Of a stretch of 64,000 nt of DNA, positions 37,981 to 48,371 are shown piece by piece. The stretch lies in NCBI RefSeq assembly GCF_945957355.1, contig NZ_CAMFKM010000002.1, positions 443,377-507,376 of the forward strand. The letters run 5' to 3'. Within the stretch, counting starts at the first letter, position 1; each line of letters starts with the position of its first letter. The position numbers and the translations under genes are program-made. This stretch comes from an uncultured Reyranella sp. Its GTDB lineage: Bacteria > Pseudomonadota > Alphaproteobacteria > Reyranellales > Reyranellaceae. Under the pieces are notes generated by a model, which was not told the origin of the DNA, made no database searches, and saw only the letters and a list, made by a program, of their open reading frames with translations.

Positions 37981-38877
37981 TCAGGCCAGGTTCAGCCGAC
38001 CCATGTCGGCCATGGCGAGATAAAGCGACATCAGCACGGTCTGCGGCGACCGGTCGGTGCGGTGCAGATGGACGGTCCAGTTGGCCGGGCGCGCGAGGCG
38101 CTGCAGCCCTTCCTTCTGGGCGGCAAGGCGCGCGCCATAGGCCGAGCGCACGGCTTCGACCCGGCGGATCGTGTGCTGGCCCTCGGCTTCGAGGCCTTCG
38201 AACTTCACATGGCCGTCGAACGGCAGCTCTTCCTCGGCGGGATCGAGGATCTGCACGAGATGGCCGCGTACGCCGACGCTGGCGTAGTAGCGGATGATCT
38301 CCTCGATCTTTTCCAGCGGATCGAGCCAGTCGGACACGAGAACGACCGTGCCATGAGCCGGCAGTGGCACCATCGGCGGCAGGCTGGCGGGTGTCCGCGA
38401 CGTGTCGCGGCTCTCGTCGAGCAGGGTCTCGGCGACGCGACGCACGGCGACGCGGCCGGATGTCGGGCGCATGCCGCCGCCGAGGACGGAGACGCGCTCG
38501 CCGGCATCGGCCAGCAGGCTCGCAACGGCCAGCGTGATCAGCTCGGCGCGCACGGCCTTGGTGTCGATGTTCTTGAGCGAGGCGTAATGCATCGAGGGGG
38601 AGGCGTCGCGCCACAGCCAGATGCTGGCGGCGGCTTCCCATTCGGTCTCGCGCACGAACAGGTGACGGCTGCGCGCGCTCTGGCGCCAGTCGATCTGGGT
38701 CGCGCTGTCGCCATCGCGAAACGGCCGGTACTGCCAGAAGGCATCGCCCTGGCCGACGCGGCGGCGGCCGTGCACGCCCTGGATGACGGTCGCGGCCACG
38801 CGATCGGCCGCCACCATCAGGGCAGGCAGCGTGCCGGCAAGTTCCAGGGACCTATGAAGGGTTGAAGGCGAAGCCAT
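37981..38877 (-). CDS. DUF58 domain protein (vWA-like, MoxR partner)
   Basis: 298 aa with GDAFWQYRPFRDGDSATQIDWRQSAR, the DUF58 hallmark, then a vWA-like core (VVLVSDW). Confidence 0.8.
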   Translation of the reverse strand: MASPSTLHRSLELAGTLPALMVAADRVAATVIQGVHGRRRVGQGDAFWQYRPFRDGDSATQIDWRQSARSRHLFVRETEWEAAASIWLWRDASPSMHYASLKNIDTKAVRAELITLAVASLLADAGERVSVLGGGMRPTSGRVAVRRVAETLLDESRDTSRTPASLPPMVPLPAHGTVVLVSDWLDPLEKIEEIIRYYASVGVRGHLVQILDPAEEELPFDGHVKFEGLEAEGQHTIRRVEAVRSAYGARLAAQKEGLQRLARPANWTVHLHRTDRSPQTVLMSLYLAMADMGRLNLA

Positions 38878-38910
38878 TAATTCCCGCAGTGCAATGCCCA
38901 GGCCAGAAGA

Positions 38911-39924
<1,014 letters not shown>

Positions 39925-39990
39925 CAGGGCGCTCCTGTCGTCGAGGGAATATGATTGAGGGAAGCCCAGAAATGAGGCCGGAACAAGGGC

Positions 39991-40617
39991 ATGACGGTTG
40001 ACGAAATTGTGCGGAGGGTGGCCGAGCGCAGCAGGCGTTTGGCATCCGGATTGCCCGTGGCGTCGCCGCCGATCGGCAGCGACTTCTCACTGAACGGTGT
40101 CGGGGCGATGCCCGAAGTGTGGCGTCCCGCGTCCGTGCTCATGCCATTGATCAAACGCGAGACGGGAATCACGGTCCTGCTGACCCAGCGGACCGAGGAT
40201 ATGCCCAGTCACGCCGGTCAGATCGCCTTTCCCGGCGGTCGCCGGCAGGCCGAGGACATCGACGCGACGGCGACGGCGCTGCGCGAGACCGAGGAAGAGG
40301 TCGGCCTGACACGCGACTTCATCGACGTCGTGGGGTCGCTCGACCTCTACCGGACGGGCACGGGCTACCAGATCACCCCGATCCTGGGCATCGTCACACC
40401 CGGCTTCACGACGCGTGCAGATCCGCGCGAGGTCGCCGACGTCTTCGAAGTGCCGCTCGACCATTTTCTCGACGAACGCAATCACCGCATCGACAGCAGG
40501 GTCTGGCAGGGACGTGAGCGGCGCTACTACGCCATGCCCTATGGCGAGCGCTACATCTGGGGCGCAACGGCGGGTATGCTGAAGAACCTCCACTTCATCC
40601 TGACCACCAGCGCCTGA
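39991..40617 (+). CDS. CoA pyrophosphatase (NUDIX hydrolase, NudL-like)
   Basis: 208 aa with Nudix box GQIAFPGGRRQ....ATALRETEEEVGL preceded by LLTQR, the NuCoA-type motif. Confidence 0.8.
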   Translation: MTVDEIVRRVAERSRRLASGLPVASPPIGSDFSLNGVGAMPEVWRPASVLMPLIKRETGITVLLTQRTEDMPSHAGQIAFPGGRRQAEDIDATATALRETEEEVGLTRDFIDVVGSLDLYRTGTGYQITPILGIVTPGFTTRADPREVADVFEVPLDHFLDERNHRIDSRVWQGRERRYYAMPYGERYIWGATAGMLKNLHFILTTSA

Positions 40618-40635
40618 CGCTGGCCGGGAGTTTTC

Positions 40636-40869
40636 ATGCGCGCCGTCCTCCTGATCCTGGTCTTCGTGATGGTGCCGTTCTGCGCCTTCTTCCTCTGGGC
40701 CTGGGCGGTGAAGATCAAGGAGGAGCGCAAGGTCGCCGGCACGTTGCCATCGTGGCAGGACATGCCGATGACCTGGCTCGGCATTGCGGGCTTCGCCTGC
40801 GCCATCGTGGGCTTCATCGTCATGTTCTTCACCCAGGATCAGGGCTACGGCGGCCTGTTCGCGCCATGA
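40636..40869 (+). CDS. Small two-TM membrane protein (possibly DUF6111)
   Basis: 77 aa with two hydrophobic helices flanking a basic loop. Its stop overlaps the cca ATG (ATGA at 40866-40869). Confidence 0.6.
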   Translation: MRAVLLILVFVMVPFCAFFLWAWAVKIKEERKVAGTLPSWQDMPMTWLGIAGFACAIVGFIVMFFTQDQGYGGLFAP

Positions 40870-42080
40870 AGCCCGTCGGTCGCCTGGAGGTGCCGCCCTG
40901 GTCGGACGATGCGGCGATCGGGACGTTGTTCGATGCGCTCGGTCGTGCGGGCATCTCGGCGCGCTTCGTTGGCGGCTGGGTGCGCGATACGGTGCTTGGC
41001 CTGCGCTTGCAAAGCAAGGATGCGGACCTCGCCGTCGACAAGTCGCCCGAGACCGTGATGCTGGCGCTCAAGTCGGCCCGGATCAAAGCGGTGCCGACGG
41101 GCCTGAAGCACGGCACGGTCACGGCGGTCATCGACGGTCGGCCCCTGGAGCTCACGACCCTGCGCCGCGACGTCGAGACCGACGGCCGGCACGCGGTCGT
41201 GGCCTTCACCGACGACTGGCTGGAGGATGCGAGCCGGCGCGATTTCACCTTCAATGCGCTCTATGCCGACCTCGACGGCACGCTCTACGATCCGTTCGAC
41301 GGCCGCGCCGATCTCGCCGAGGCGCGCGTGCGCTTCATTGGCGATCCCGACCAGCGCATCGCCGAGGACCGGCTGCGCATCCTGCGCTTCTTCCGCTTCC
41401 ATGCCTGGTACGGGCGGCCGCCCTTCGATCCGGCGGGCTTCGAGGCCTGCCGCCGCAATGCCGGCAGCCTGCGCGGCCTCTCAGGCGAGAGGGTGCGCAA
41501 GGAACTGCTGCGTCTGCTCCAGGCGCCGGCTCCCGCCGATACGATCGCCGCGATGCGCGAAGCCGCCATCCTCGATCACTGGCTGCCCGAATGCGACGGC
41601 ACGGCGCGGCTGCGGGCGCTGATCGCGCGCGAGGACAGGCCCGATCCGGTCCGTCGCCTGGCATCGATCCTGCCGGCCGATGCGGACGCCACGGTGATCG
41701 GCAAGCGGCTGAGGCTGTCGACGCAGGAAGCCCTGCGGCTCGAGGTCATGCTGGCGGCCGAACCGGTCATCGACGTGGCCGGCGGTCCGAAGGCGTGGCG
41801 TGAACAGATCTATGCGCTGGGTGGCAACCTCTACGCCGATCGCCTGCTGCTCGCGACCGAAGCGCCGGGCGACTGGCGGGCCGCGCTCGCCATGGCGCGT
41901 GACTGGACGCCGCCGGAACTGCCGGTGGGCGGCGGCGATGCGCTGAAGCTCGGGCTGAAGCCCGGTCCCGCGGTCGGCGCCTTGATCGAGGCGGTGGAGC
42001 GCTGGTGGATCGACGGCGACTTCGCGGCGGATCGTGCGGCCTGTCTCGCCGAACTGGAAAAGCGGGTCCGCGCCGCGTGA
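40866..42080 (+). CDS. cca: CCA tRNA nucleotidyltransferase
   Basis: 404 aa from MKPVGRL, with GGWVRD, DADLAV, RRDFT.NA and the RF.R pattern of the class II nucleotidyltransferase head. Confidence 0.85.
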   Translation: MKPVGRLEVPPWSDDAAIGTLFDALGRAGISARFVGGWVRDTVLGLRLQSKDADLAVDKSPETVMLALKSARIKAVPTGLKHGTVTAVIDGRPLELTTLRRDVETDGRHAVVAFTDDWLEDASRRDFTFNALYADLDGTLYDPFDGRADLAEARVRFIGDPDQRIAEDRLRILRFFRFHAWYGRPPFDPAGFEACRRNAGSLRGLSGERVRKELLRLLQAPAPADTIAAMREAAILDHWLPECDGTARLRALIAREDRPDPVRRLASILPADADATVIGKRLRLSTQEALRLEVMLAAEPVIDVAGGPKAWREQIYALGGNLYADRLLLATEAPGDWRAALAMARDWTPPELPVGGGDALKLGLKPGPAVGALIEAVERWWIDGDFAADRAACLAELEKRVRAA

Positions 42081-42484
42081 TCCGGCCGGGACTCGTCTTC
42101 GCGCTGTGGTGCGCGATTGCCGCCGTCGTCGTGATGAACGACCTGGTGGGCGACACCTGGATCGCCGCCACCCTCTCGGTGCGCGCGGTCGAATGGTACA
42201 AGACGCTGGTGCCGATTCCCTACGTCGTGATGGTGGCGATCATCCACGCACGGCGCACCACGGGCAGCCAGTGGTTCGAGGCGGCCCTGCTGGCGGCGCT
42301 GCTGTGGCCGACCTCGACGATGCTGGCGGGCTTCACCTATGCCCGCGTGACCTACGAGGAAGGCGCCGAAGCCTTCTTCGATCGTCTCGGCTTCTGGTGG
42401 GGCGCACCCTATCCGCTGCTGGTGCTCGTGCTGTTCGCGGCGCCGCTGCTGGCGGGCTGGGCGCTGGCGAAGCGGCGGTCGTGA
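42077..42484 (+). CDS. Small polytopic membrane protein, unknown function
   Basis: About 135 aa if started at GTG 42077, which forms a GTGA overlap with the cca stop. It has four hydrophobic helices. I recognise no family. Confidence 0.5.
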   Translation: MIRPGLVFALWCAIAAVVVMNDLVGDTWIAATLSVRAVEWYKTLVPIPYVVMVAIIHARRTTGSQWFEAALLAALLWPTSTMLAGFTYARVTYEEGAEAFFDRLGFWWGAPYPLLVLVLFAAPLLAGWALAKRRS

Positions 42485-42491
42485 GCCCACG

Positions 42492-43646
42492 GTGAGCATC
42501 GTTTCCCGGCTCTGCATCTCGGGCTATCGCTCCCTGCGCGACGTCAGGCTCGAGGTCGAGCCGCTCACCGTCGTCACGGGGGCCAATGGCAGCGGCAAGT
42601 CGAGCCTCTACCGCGCCCTGCGGCTGCTGGCCGATGTCGCGCAGGGGCGGATCATCCAGTCACTGGCAATGGAAGGCGGCATCTCGTCGGTGTTGTGGGC
42701 CGGCCCCGAGCAGTTCTCGCGCGGCATGAAGCGCGGCGAGCAGGCGGTGCAGGGCACGGTGCGCAAGGCGCCGGTCAGCCTGAAGCTCGGGTTCTCCTCG
42801 GACTCCTACGGCTACGCGATCGATCTCGGCCTGCCGATCCCCGGCGGGCTGTTCGGCCGCGATCCGGTGATCAAGACCGAGTCGCTGTGGACCGGGCTGG
42901 TCCTGCAGCGTGCCAACGCCTTCGCCGAAAGGCTCGGTCCTTCGGTGACGCTGCGCGACCGCAGCGGCCAGCGGAGGCAGGCCCATACGCATCTTCAGCC
43001 GTTCGACAGCATGCTGACGCACTGCGCCAATCCCGAGGATGGTGCGGAACTCCTGTCGTTGCGCGAGCAGCTGCGCGACTGGCGCTTCTACGATCACTTC
43101 CGCACCGACAGCGAGGCGCCCGCCCGCCGCCGCCAGGTCGGCACGCGCACCCCCGTGCTGGCGGGCGACGGTGCCGATCTCGCCGCCGCCATCGCCACCA
43201 TCCAGGAGATCGGCATCGAGGGTCAGCTCGAGGCCGCCGTCGCCGACGCCTTCCCCGGCGGCTCGGTCGACGTCGCGGTGAGCGACGGTTACTTCGAAGT
43301 CGAGATGCTGCAGCACGGGCTGCTGCGGCCGTTGAAGGCTACGGAACTGTCGGACGGGACGTTGCGATACCTGTTGCTGGTGGCCGCACTGCTGTCACCG
43401 CGGCCGCCGTCGCTCATGATCCTCAATGAGCCCGAAACCAGCCTCCACCCCGACCTGCTGGCGCCGCTTGCCAGGCTGATCGCCGATGCGGCCACGCGAT
43501 CGCAGATCATCGTGGTCTCCCACGCCGAACGCCTCGTCGCCGCGCTCACCAAGGCCGGCGGGCGACGGATCACCCTGGCGAAGCAACTGGGCGAGACGAT
43601 CGCCCAGGACGAAGATCGGCCGATCTGGAACTGGCCAAATCGATAA
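42492..43646 (+). CDS. Soluble ABC/SMC-like ATPase (AAA_21 / COG4637-type)
   Basis: 384 aa from GTG 42492. Walker A GANGSGKSS, signature-like LSDGTLRYL, Walker B/D-loop LMILNEPETSLHP and H-loop VVSHA. No TM or nuclease domain is evident. Confidence 0.8.
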   Translation: MSIVSRLCISGYRSLRDVRLEVEPLTVVTGANGSGKSSLYRALRLLADVAQGRIIQSLAMEGGISSVLWAGPEQFSRGMKRGEQAVQGTVRKAPVSLKLGFSSDSYGYAIDLGLPIPGGLFGRDPVIKTESLWTGLVLQRANAFAERLGPSVTLRDRSGQRRQAHTHLQPFDSMLTHCANPEDGAELLSLREQLRDWRFYDHFRTDSEAPARRRQVGTRTPVLAGDGADLAAAIATIQEIGIEGQLEAAVADAFPGGSVDVAVSDGYFEVEMLQHGLLRPLKATELSDGTLRYLLLVAALLSPRPPSLMILNEPETSLHPDLLAPLARLIADAATRSQIIVVSHAERLVAALTKAGGRRITLAKQLGETIAQDEDRPIWNWPNR

Positions 43647-43756
43647 TTCCCGTCGTCTCGACCGGAGCATCGAAGGTGCGGAGTGGAGAGACGACGGAAT
43701 TACTTTGCCAGCCTGTTGGATGGGTTTTCCAAAAGGACTGGCGGGCCTGATTCGTC

Positions 43757-43797
43757 AGGGGGTGCGACTCTCGTTTCGAATGTTTCGTTTGCTTGCC
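43757..43797. repeat. AGGGGGTGCGAC + 9-bp-periodic GTTTCG motifs; inverted relative of the element at 20-69
   Basis: Read directly. There is a 12-nt identity plus roughly 70% similarity over the adjoining ~25 nt. Confidence 0.35.
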
Positions 43798-43821
43798 TAG
43801 ATGCGCGCTCCGTGCAGTCCG

Positions 43822-44748
43822 TCAGGGCCAGCGCACCTCGGGCGGCAACGACATCAGTATAGCCTCGACGTTGCCGCCGGTCATCAGCCCGAACCGGGTG
43901 CCGCGGTCGTGCAGCAGGTTGAATTCGACGTAGCGGCCGCGGCGCGTGAGCTGGTGGGCACGCTCGGCTTCGGTCCAGGGCTCGTTCATGTGGCGCCGCA
44001 CCAGCTTCGGATAGATGTCGAGGAAGGTCTCGCCGACGGCCCGCGTGAAGGCGAAGTCGCGCCCATGGTCGCCGCTGTCGAGATAGTCGTAGAAGATGCC
44101 GCCGATGCCGCGCGGCTCGCCGCGATGGGGCAGGAAGAAGTACTCGTCGCACCATTCCTTGAAGTTCGGGTGGTAGGCCGGATCGTGGGCGTCGCAGGTG
44201 GTGCGGAAGGCGGCATGGAAGTCGCGCGTGTCGGGCTCGTGCCGTACCATCGGCGTCAGGTCGGCGCCGCCGCCGAACCAGCTGCGCGTGGTCACGATGT
44301 AGCGCGTGTTCATGTGCACCGCCGGCACCTTGGGCGACTGCATGTGCGCCACCAGCGAGATGCCGGAGGCGAAGAAGCGCGGGTCCTGCGCGGCGCCGGG
44401 AATCTGGCTGCGGAACTCGGGGCTGAACTCGCCGAACACGGTCGAGATGTTGACGCCGACCTTCTCGAACACCCGGCCGCGCATCAGCGACATGGTCCCG
44501 CCGCCGCGATCCTCGCCGTTCGGGCCTTTCTCGCGCTCCCAGTCCTTGCGCTCGAAGCGGCCCGGTGCGCGGTCGCGGTGGGTGCCCGCCAGTTCGTCCT
44601 CGATCCGCTCGAACTCGGCGCAGATCCGGTCGCGCAGGCCGGCGAACCAGGAAGCGGCCTCTTCCTTGCGGCGGGCAAGGCTCGCCTCGTCGGGCAGGGG
44701 CGAGGGGCCGTTGGGACCGGTGGCGGTGCGGGTGGGCTTGGCGTTCAT
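43822..44748 (-). CDS. hemF: Oxygen-dependent coproporphyrinogen III oxidase
   Basis: 308 aa from [60 protein letters not shown] overlaps the trmL stop (ATGA). Confidence 0.9.
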   Translation of the reverse strand: MNAKPTRTATGPNGPSPLPDEASLARRKEEAASWFAGLRDRICAEFERIEDELAGTHRDRAPGRFERKDWEREKGPNGEDRGGGTMSLMRGRVFEKVGVNISTVFGEFSPEFRSQIPGAAQDPRFFASGISLVAHMQSPKVPAVHMNTRYIVTTRSWFGGGADLTPMVRHEPDTRDFHAAFRTTCDAHDPAYHPNFKEWCDEYFFLPHRGEPRGIGGIFYDYLDSGDHGRDFAFTRAVGETFLDIYPKLVRRHMNEPWTEAERAHQLTRRGRYVEFNLLHDRGTRFGLMTGGNVEAILMSLPPEVRWP

Positions 44749-45203
44749 GCGAGCTTTTCGAATCCCGAGGTCTGGCGAAGGGCCTCGCTCAATACCATCG
44801 CGGCCGCCAGGGCGACATTGAGTGACCTTGCCCCAGCCTGCAGCGGAATCCGGACCCGGAGGCCGGCCGCCGCGTGGATCTCCTCCGGCACCCCCGCGCT
44901 TTCCCGGCCTAGCAGGAGGATGTCGTCGGGCTGGAACGTCGCGTCCGGCAGCCGTTCGGCCCCGGTCGTGGTCAGCAGAACCAGGCGTCCCGGCGGCCGA
45001 TCCCGGCAGAACGCCGCCCATGAGGCGTGCCGGACGAGGGTGGCCAGGTCGTAATAATCCATGGCCGCCCGGCGGATCCGCTTGTCGTCCACCGGGAAGC
45101 CACAGGGCTCGATGACGTCCAGCGGAATGCCCAAACCGGCGGAAAGGCGGATGAAAGCCCCTAGATTTTGAGGGATATCAGGCTCAAAAAGGGCCAGACG
45201 CAT
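44745..45203 (-). CDS. trmL: tRNA (cytidine/uridine-34 2'-O)-methyltransferase, SpoU/TrmL type
   Basis: 152 aa from [15 protein letters not shown]. The C-terminal SPOUT knot motifs [10 protein letters not shown] and SLNV..A are present. Confidence 0.85.
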   Translation of the reverse strand: MRLALFEPDIPQNLGAFIRLSAGLGIPLDVIEPCGFPVDDKRIRRAAMDYYDLATLVRHASWAAFCRDRPPGRLVLLTTTGAERLPDATFQPDDILLLGRESAGVPEEIHAAAGLRVRIPLQAGARSLNVALAAAMVLSEALRQTSGFEKLA

Positions 45204-45294
45204 GAACTTGACCTCTCCCGTCCGCGACGCGGAACGCTCCTTCTGCGGCACGCGGTCACACAATGCCGCGCATCGGCCCTGCGACCAACAGAGC

Positions 45295-45325
45295 CTTGAA
45301 ACAAAAGGGGCTTTCCCGGCTATAT
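45295..45325 (+). promoter_or_regulatory. Candidate sigma-70 promoter of petABC (CTTGAA ... CTATAT)
   Basis: Hexamers resembling the alphaproteobacterial CTTGAC/CTATAT consensus, about 18 nt apart and about 40 nt upstream of the petA ATG. The call rests on pattern only. Confidence 0.3.
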
Positions 45326-45362
45326 ACCGCCCTTCTCCTCGGGGGGACGGAAGAGAGTAATC

Positions 45363-45929
45363 ATGGCTGCTTCAAGCACACCGGTACACGGGCACGGCGA
45401 ACCGACTCGGCGCGACTTCCTGATGGTCGCGACGGGGGCTCTTGGCGCCGTCGGCGCGGCGGCCGTCGCGTGGCCCTTCATCAACAATCTCAATCCCGCC
45501 GCGGATACGCTGGCCCTGTCGACCATCGAGGTGAACGTCACGCCGATCGCGGTCGGCCAGGCGGTCACCGTGAAGTGGCGCGGCAAGCCGGTGTTCATCC
45601 GCCACCGCACCGAGGCCGAGATCAAGGAAGCCGAGGCTGTGCCGATGTCACAGCTGCCCGATCCGCAGACCGACAATGCGCGTGTCACCGACACCGCCAA
45701 GAAGGTACGGCCGGAATGGCTGATCATGATCGGCGTCTGCACCCATCTGGGTTGCGTGCCGCTCGGCAACAAGCCGGGCGACCCGAAGGGCGAGTTCGGC
45801 GGCTGGTTCTGCCCCTGCCACGGCTCGAGCTACGATACGTCGGGCCGCATCCGCAAAGGACCGGCGCCGAAGAATCTCGTGATCCCGGACTACCTGTTCA
45901 CTTCCGACTCGCTCGTTCGCATCGGCTGA
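45363..45929 (+). CDS. petA: Ubiquinol-cytochrome c reductase Rieske iron-sulfur subunit
   Basis: 188 aa with a Tat-like RRDFL and the Rieske boxes CTHLGC and CPCHGS. Confidence 0.9.
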   Translation: MAASSTPVHGHGEPTRRDFLMVATGALGAVGAAAVAWPFINNLNPAADTLALSTIEVNVTPIAVGQAVTVKWRGKPVFIRHRTEAEIKEAEAVPMSQLPDPQTDNARVTDTAKKVRPEWLIMIGVCTHLGCVPLGNKPGDPKGEFGGWFCPCHGSSYDTSGRIRKGPAPKNLVIPDYLFTSDSLVRIG

Positions 45930-45971
45930 TCGACCCAGGTCGTCCGCCTCAGATCTCGCTGGAGTTCCAGA

Positions 45972-47207
45972 ATGGCCTCGTCACACGGCACGCCGCCGGT
46001 CTTCAATAACAAGGTGATCGCCTGGATCGATTACCGCCTGCCGATCTTCTCGTACATCGAGAAGGAATATCACACGTTCCCGACGCCTCGGAATTTCAAC
46101 TACTTCTGGAACTTCGGCGCGATCGCCACGGTGATGCTGGTCCTCATGATCGCCACCGGCATCGTGCTCGCGACCAACTACACGCCGCACGTGCTGATGG
46201 CCTTCGACTCGGTCGAGCGCATCGACCGCGACGTGCCGCAGGGCTGGCTGATCCGCGACCTGCACATGAACGGCGCCTCGTTCTTCTTCATCGCCGTCTA
46301 CATCCACATCTTCCGCGGCATGTACTACGGCTCCTACAAGGCGCCGCGCGAACTGCTGTGGATCCTGGGCGTGGTCATCTTCCTGCTGATGATGGCGACG
46401 GCGTTCATGGGCTACGTGCTGCCGTGGGGCCAGATGAGCTTCTGGGGCGCCACCGTCATCACCAACCTGTTCTCGGCGCTTCCGGTGGTCGGCGAATCGA
46501 TCGTCACCTGGCTGTGGGGCGGCTTCGCCGTCGACAACCCGACGCTCAACCGCTTCTTCGCCCTGCACTACCTGCTGCCGTTCGTCATCGTGGCGGTCGT
46601 GGCGCTGCACGTCGTCGCGCTGCACATCCACGGCTCGAACAACCCGACCGGCATCGATCCGAAGGGCCCGCAGGACACCGTTCCCTTCCATCCGTACTAC
46701 ACGATGAAGGACGGTTTCGGCGTCATCTGCTTCCTGATCGTCTACGCCGTGTTCGTCTTCTTCGCGCCCGACTACATGGGTCATCCGGACAACTACATCC
46801 CGGCCAACCCGCTGGTCACGCCGGCCCACATCGTGCCGGAATGGTACTTCCTGCCGTTCTACGCGATCCTGCGCGCCATCCCCGACAAGCTCGGCGGCGT
46901 GCTGGCGATGTTCGGCGCCATCGCGGTGCTGTTCATCCTGCCGTGGCTCGACACCTCGCGTGTCCGGTCCTGCACGTTCCGGCCGATCTACAAGTGGTTC
47001 ATGATGTTCCTGGTGGTCGACGTGATCGTCCTGGGCATCTGCGGTTCCAAGCCGCCGGAAGGCTTCTGGGTGCCGCTGTCGCAGCTCGCGACGCTGTACT
47101 ACTTCGCCCACTTCCTCGTCCTGCTGCCGATCCTGGGCAAGATCGAACGGCCGTTGCCATTGCCTGCCAGCATCGCCGACTCGGTGCTCAAGAAGAAGGC
47201 GGTCTAA
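45972..47207 (+). CDS. petB: Cytochrome b
   Basis: 411 aa. [16 protein letters not shown]...Y.H..RG.YYGSY and [16 protein letters not shown] are unmistakable cytochrome b motifs. Confidence 0.95.
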   Translation: MASSHGTPPVFNNKVIAWIDYRLPIFSYIEKEYHTFPTPRNFNYFWNFGAIATVMLVLMIATGIVLATNYTPHVLMAFDSVERIDRDVPQGWLIRDLHMNGASFFFIAVYIHIFRGMYYGSYKAPRELLWILGVVIFLLMMATAFMGYVLPWGQMSFWGATVITNLFSALPVVGESIVTWLWGGFAVDNPTLNRFFALHYLLPFVIVAVVALHVVALHIHGSNNPTGIDPKGPQDTVPFHPYYTMKDGFGVICFLIVYAVFVFFAPDYMGHPDNYIPANPLVTPAHIVPEWYFLPFYAILRAIPDKLGGVLAMFGAIAVLFILPWLDTSRVRSCTFRPIYKWFMMFLVVDVIVLGICGSKPPEGFWVPLSQLATLYYFAHFLVLLPILGKIERPLPLPASIADSVLKKKAV

Positions 47208-47212
47208 GAGCC

Positions 47213-48007
47213 ATGCGCAAGCCTTTCGCCCGCAATCTCCTGGTCTCCGGCGCCATCGCGCTCGCGGCCCTCGCCACCGGCACCGTCGCCATCGCGGCCG
47301 GCGGCGAGCATCCGCCGCACAAGCACTGGCACTTCCAGGGACCGTTCGGCACGTTCGATCGCGCCGCCGCCCAGCGTGGCTTCCAAGTTTATCAGGAAGT
47401 CTGCGCCGCCTGCCATTCGCTGTCGCTGATGTCCTATCGCAACCTGACCGAACTCGGCCTGACCGAGAACCAGGTGAAGGGCCTGATCAAGGACATCTCC
47501 GTCTCCGATCTCAACGACGACGGCGCGCCGGTCGACCGGCCCGCCCGCCCGTCCGACCGCTTCAAGAAGCCGTTCCCGAACGAGGCCGCCGCGGCCGCCG
47601 CCAACAACGGCAAGGCGCCGCCCGACCTCAGCGTCATCGTCAAGGCCCGCGAGTTCGGTCCCGACTACATCTACGGCATCCTCACGGGCTACGTGCCGTA
47701 CGACAAGCTGACGCCGGAGCAGATCAAGGAGTTCGACGTCAAGAAGGACGACAACTTCAACAAGTACTTCCCGGGCCACAAGATCGCCATGGCGCCGCCG
47801 CTCAGCGACGACAAGGTGACCTTCGCCGACGGCACCAAGGCCACGCTCGACCAGGAAGCCTCCGACGTCGTCGAGTTTCTGGCCTGGGCGTCCGAGCCGC
47901 ACATGGAAGACCGCAAGCGCACCGGCGTGCGGGTCATCCTGTTCCTCCTGGCGCTGGCCGGCCTGATGTACGCCGTGAAGCGCACGGTCTGGGCCGACAA
48001 GCACTGA
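47213..48007 (+). CDS. petC: Cytochrome c1
   Basis: 264 aa with a signal peptide, CAACHS heme site, PPDLS and a C-terminal TM anchor. Confidence 0.9.
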   Translation: MRKPFARNLLVSGAIALAALATGTVAIAAGGEHPPHKHWHFQGPFGTFDRAAAQRGFQVYQEVCAACHSLSLMSYRNLTELGLTENQVKGLIKDISVSDLNDDGAPVDRPARPSDRFKKPFPNEAAAAAANNGKAPPDLSVIVKAREFGPDYIYGILTGYVPYDKLTPEQIKEFDVKKDDNFNKYFPGHKIAMAPPLSDDKVTFADGTKATLDQEASDVVEFLAWASEPHMEDRKRTGVRVILFLLALAGLMYAVKRTVWADKH

Positions 48008-48024
48008 CGCAAAAGCGTTAGAGC

Positions 48025-48214
48025 CACTTCCTCCCCATTCAAATGGGGAGGCGGTGACGTAATCGCCGACGGAGGGGTCATGGCGTTGCGAAGCCCATGA
48101 CCCCATCGCCCCGTATGACGGGGCACTTCCCCATATGAATGGGGAAGCAATGGGGGGCGACCGGCCCGATCTAGGTCGGAAAGACCCCCTGCCTTCCGGC
48201 GCTAGATCAGTCGC
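48025..48214. repeat. Cluster of five short GC-rich hairpins (CCCCAT-TCAA-ATGGGG, GGGGTCATGG...CCATGACCCC, GCCCCGT-ATGA-CGGGGC, CTTCCCCAT-ATGA-ATGGGGAAG, GCGAC..GATCTAG...CTAGATC..GTCGC)
   Basis: Read directly at 48025-48056, 48074-48104, 48108-48124, 48126-48147 and 48157-48214. The first may also serve as the petC terminator. Confidence 0.6.
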
Positions 48215-48229
48215 CCATCCAAACACCAA

Positions 48230-48341
48230 CCTCATGCTGAGGAGCGCTCCGCAGGAGCGCGTCTCGAAGCATGGGCACGAGCACCGCGTCTGTTGCCCAT
48301 CCTTCGAGACGCGCCGCTTCGCGGCGCTCCTCAGGATGAGG
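48230..48341. repeat. ~112-bp imperfect palindromic REP/MITE-like element
   Basis: The outer arms are CCTCATGCTGAGGAGCGC / GCGCTCCTCAGGATGAGG. The inner arms are GCGCGTCTCGAAGCATGGG / CCCATCCTTCGAGACGCGC. Each pair has one mismatch. Confidence 0.65.
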
Positions 48342-48371
48342 GGGAATGGGTCAAGCCGAGACGGAAAGACT

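Noticed and set aside
35010-38297. 1095-aa plus-strand ORF
   Set aside because: It is antisense to the BatA_N/DUF4159 and DUF58 genes. It is Arg/Gly/Ala/Gln-rich and has no domain signature.
42492-43646. Calling the ABC/SMC-like ATPase a known phage-defence system (Septu, Gabija, PARIS or similar)
   Set aside because: No HNH, TOPRIM or other nuclease partner is adjacent, and there are no mobile-element or island hallmarks. The gene is embedded in a housekeeping operon. It is kept only as a low-confidence open question in the findings.
44755-44766. TTCGAATCC, a tRNA T-loop-like string
   Set aside because: It lies inside the trmL coding sequence, and no acceptor, D or anticodon stems can be drawn around it.
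48008-48371. Possible CRISPR array, because of the many short repeats
   Set aside because: The repeats are inverted (hairpins) rather than direct. They differ in sequence and length and are not separated by uniform spacers. No cas genes are present.
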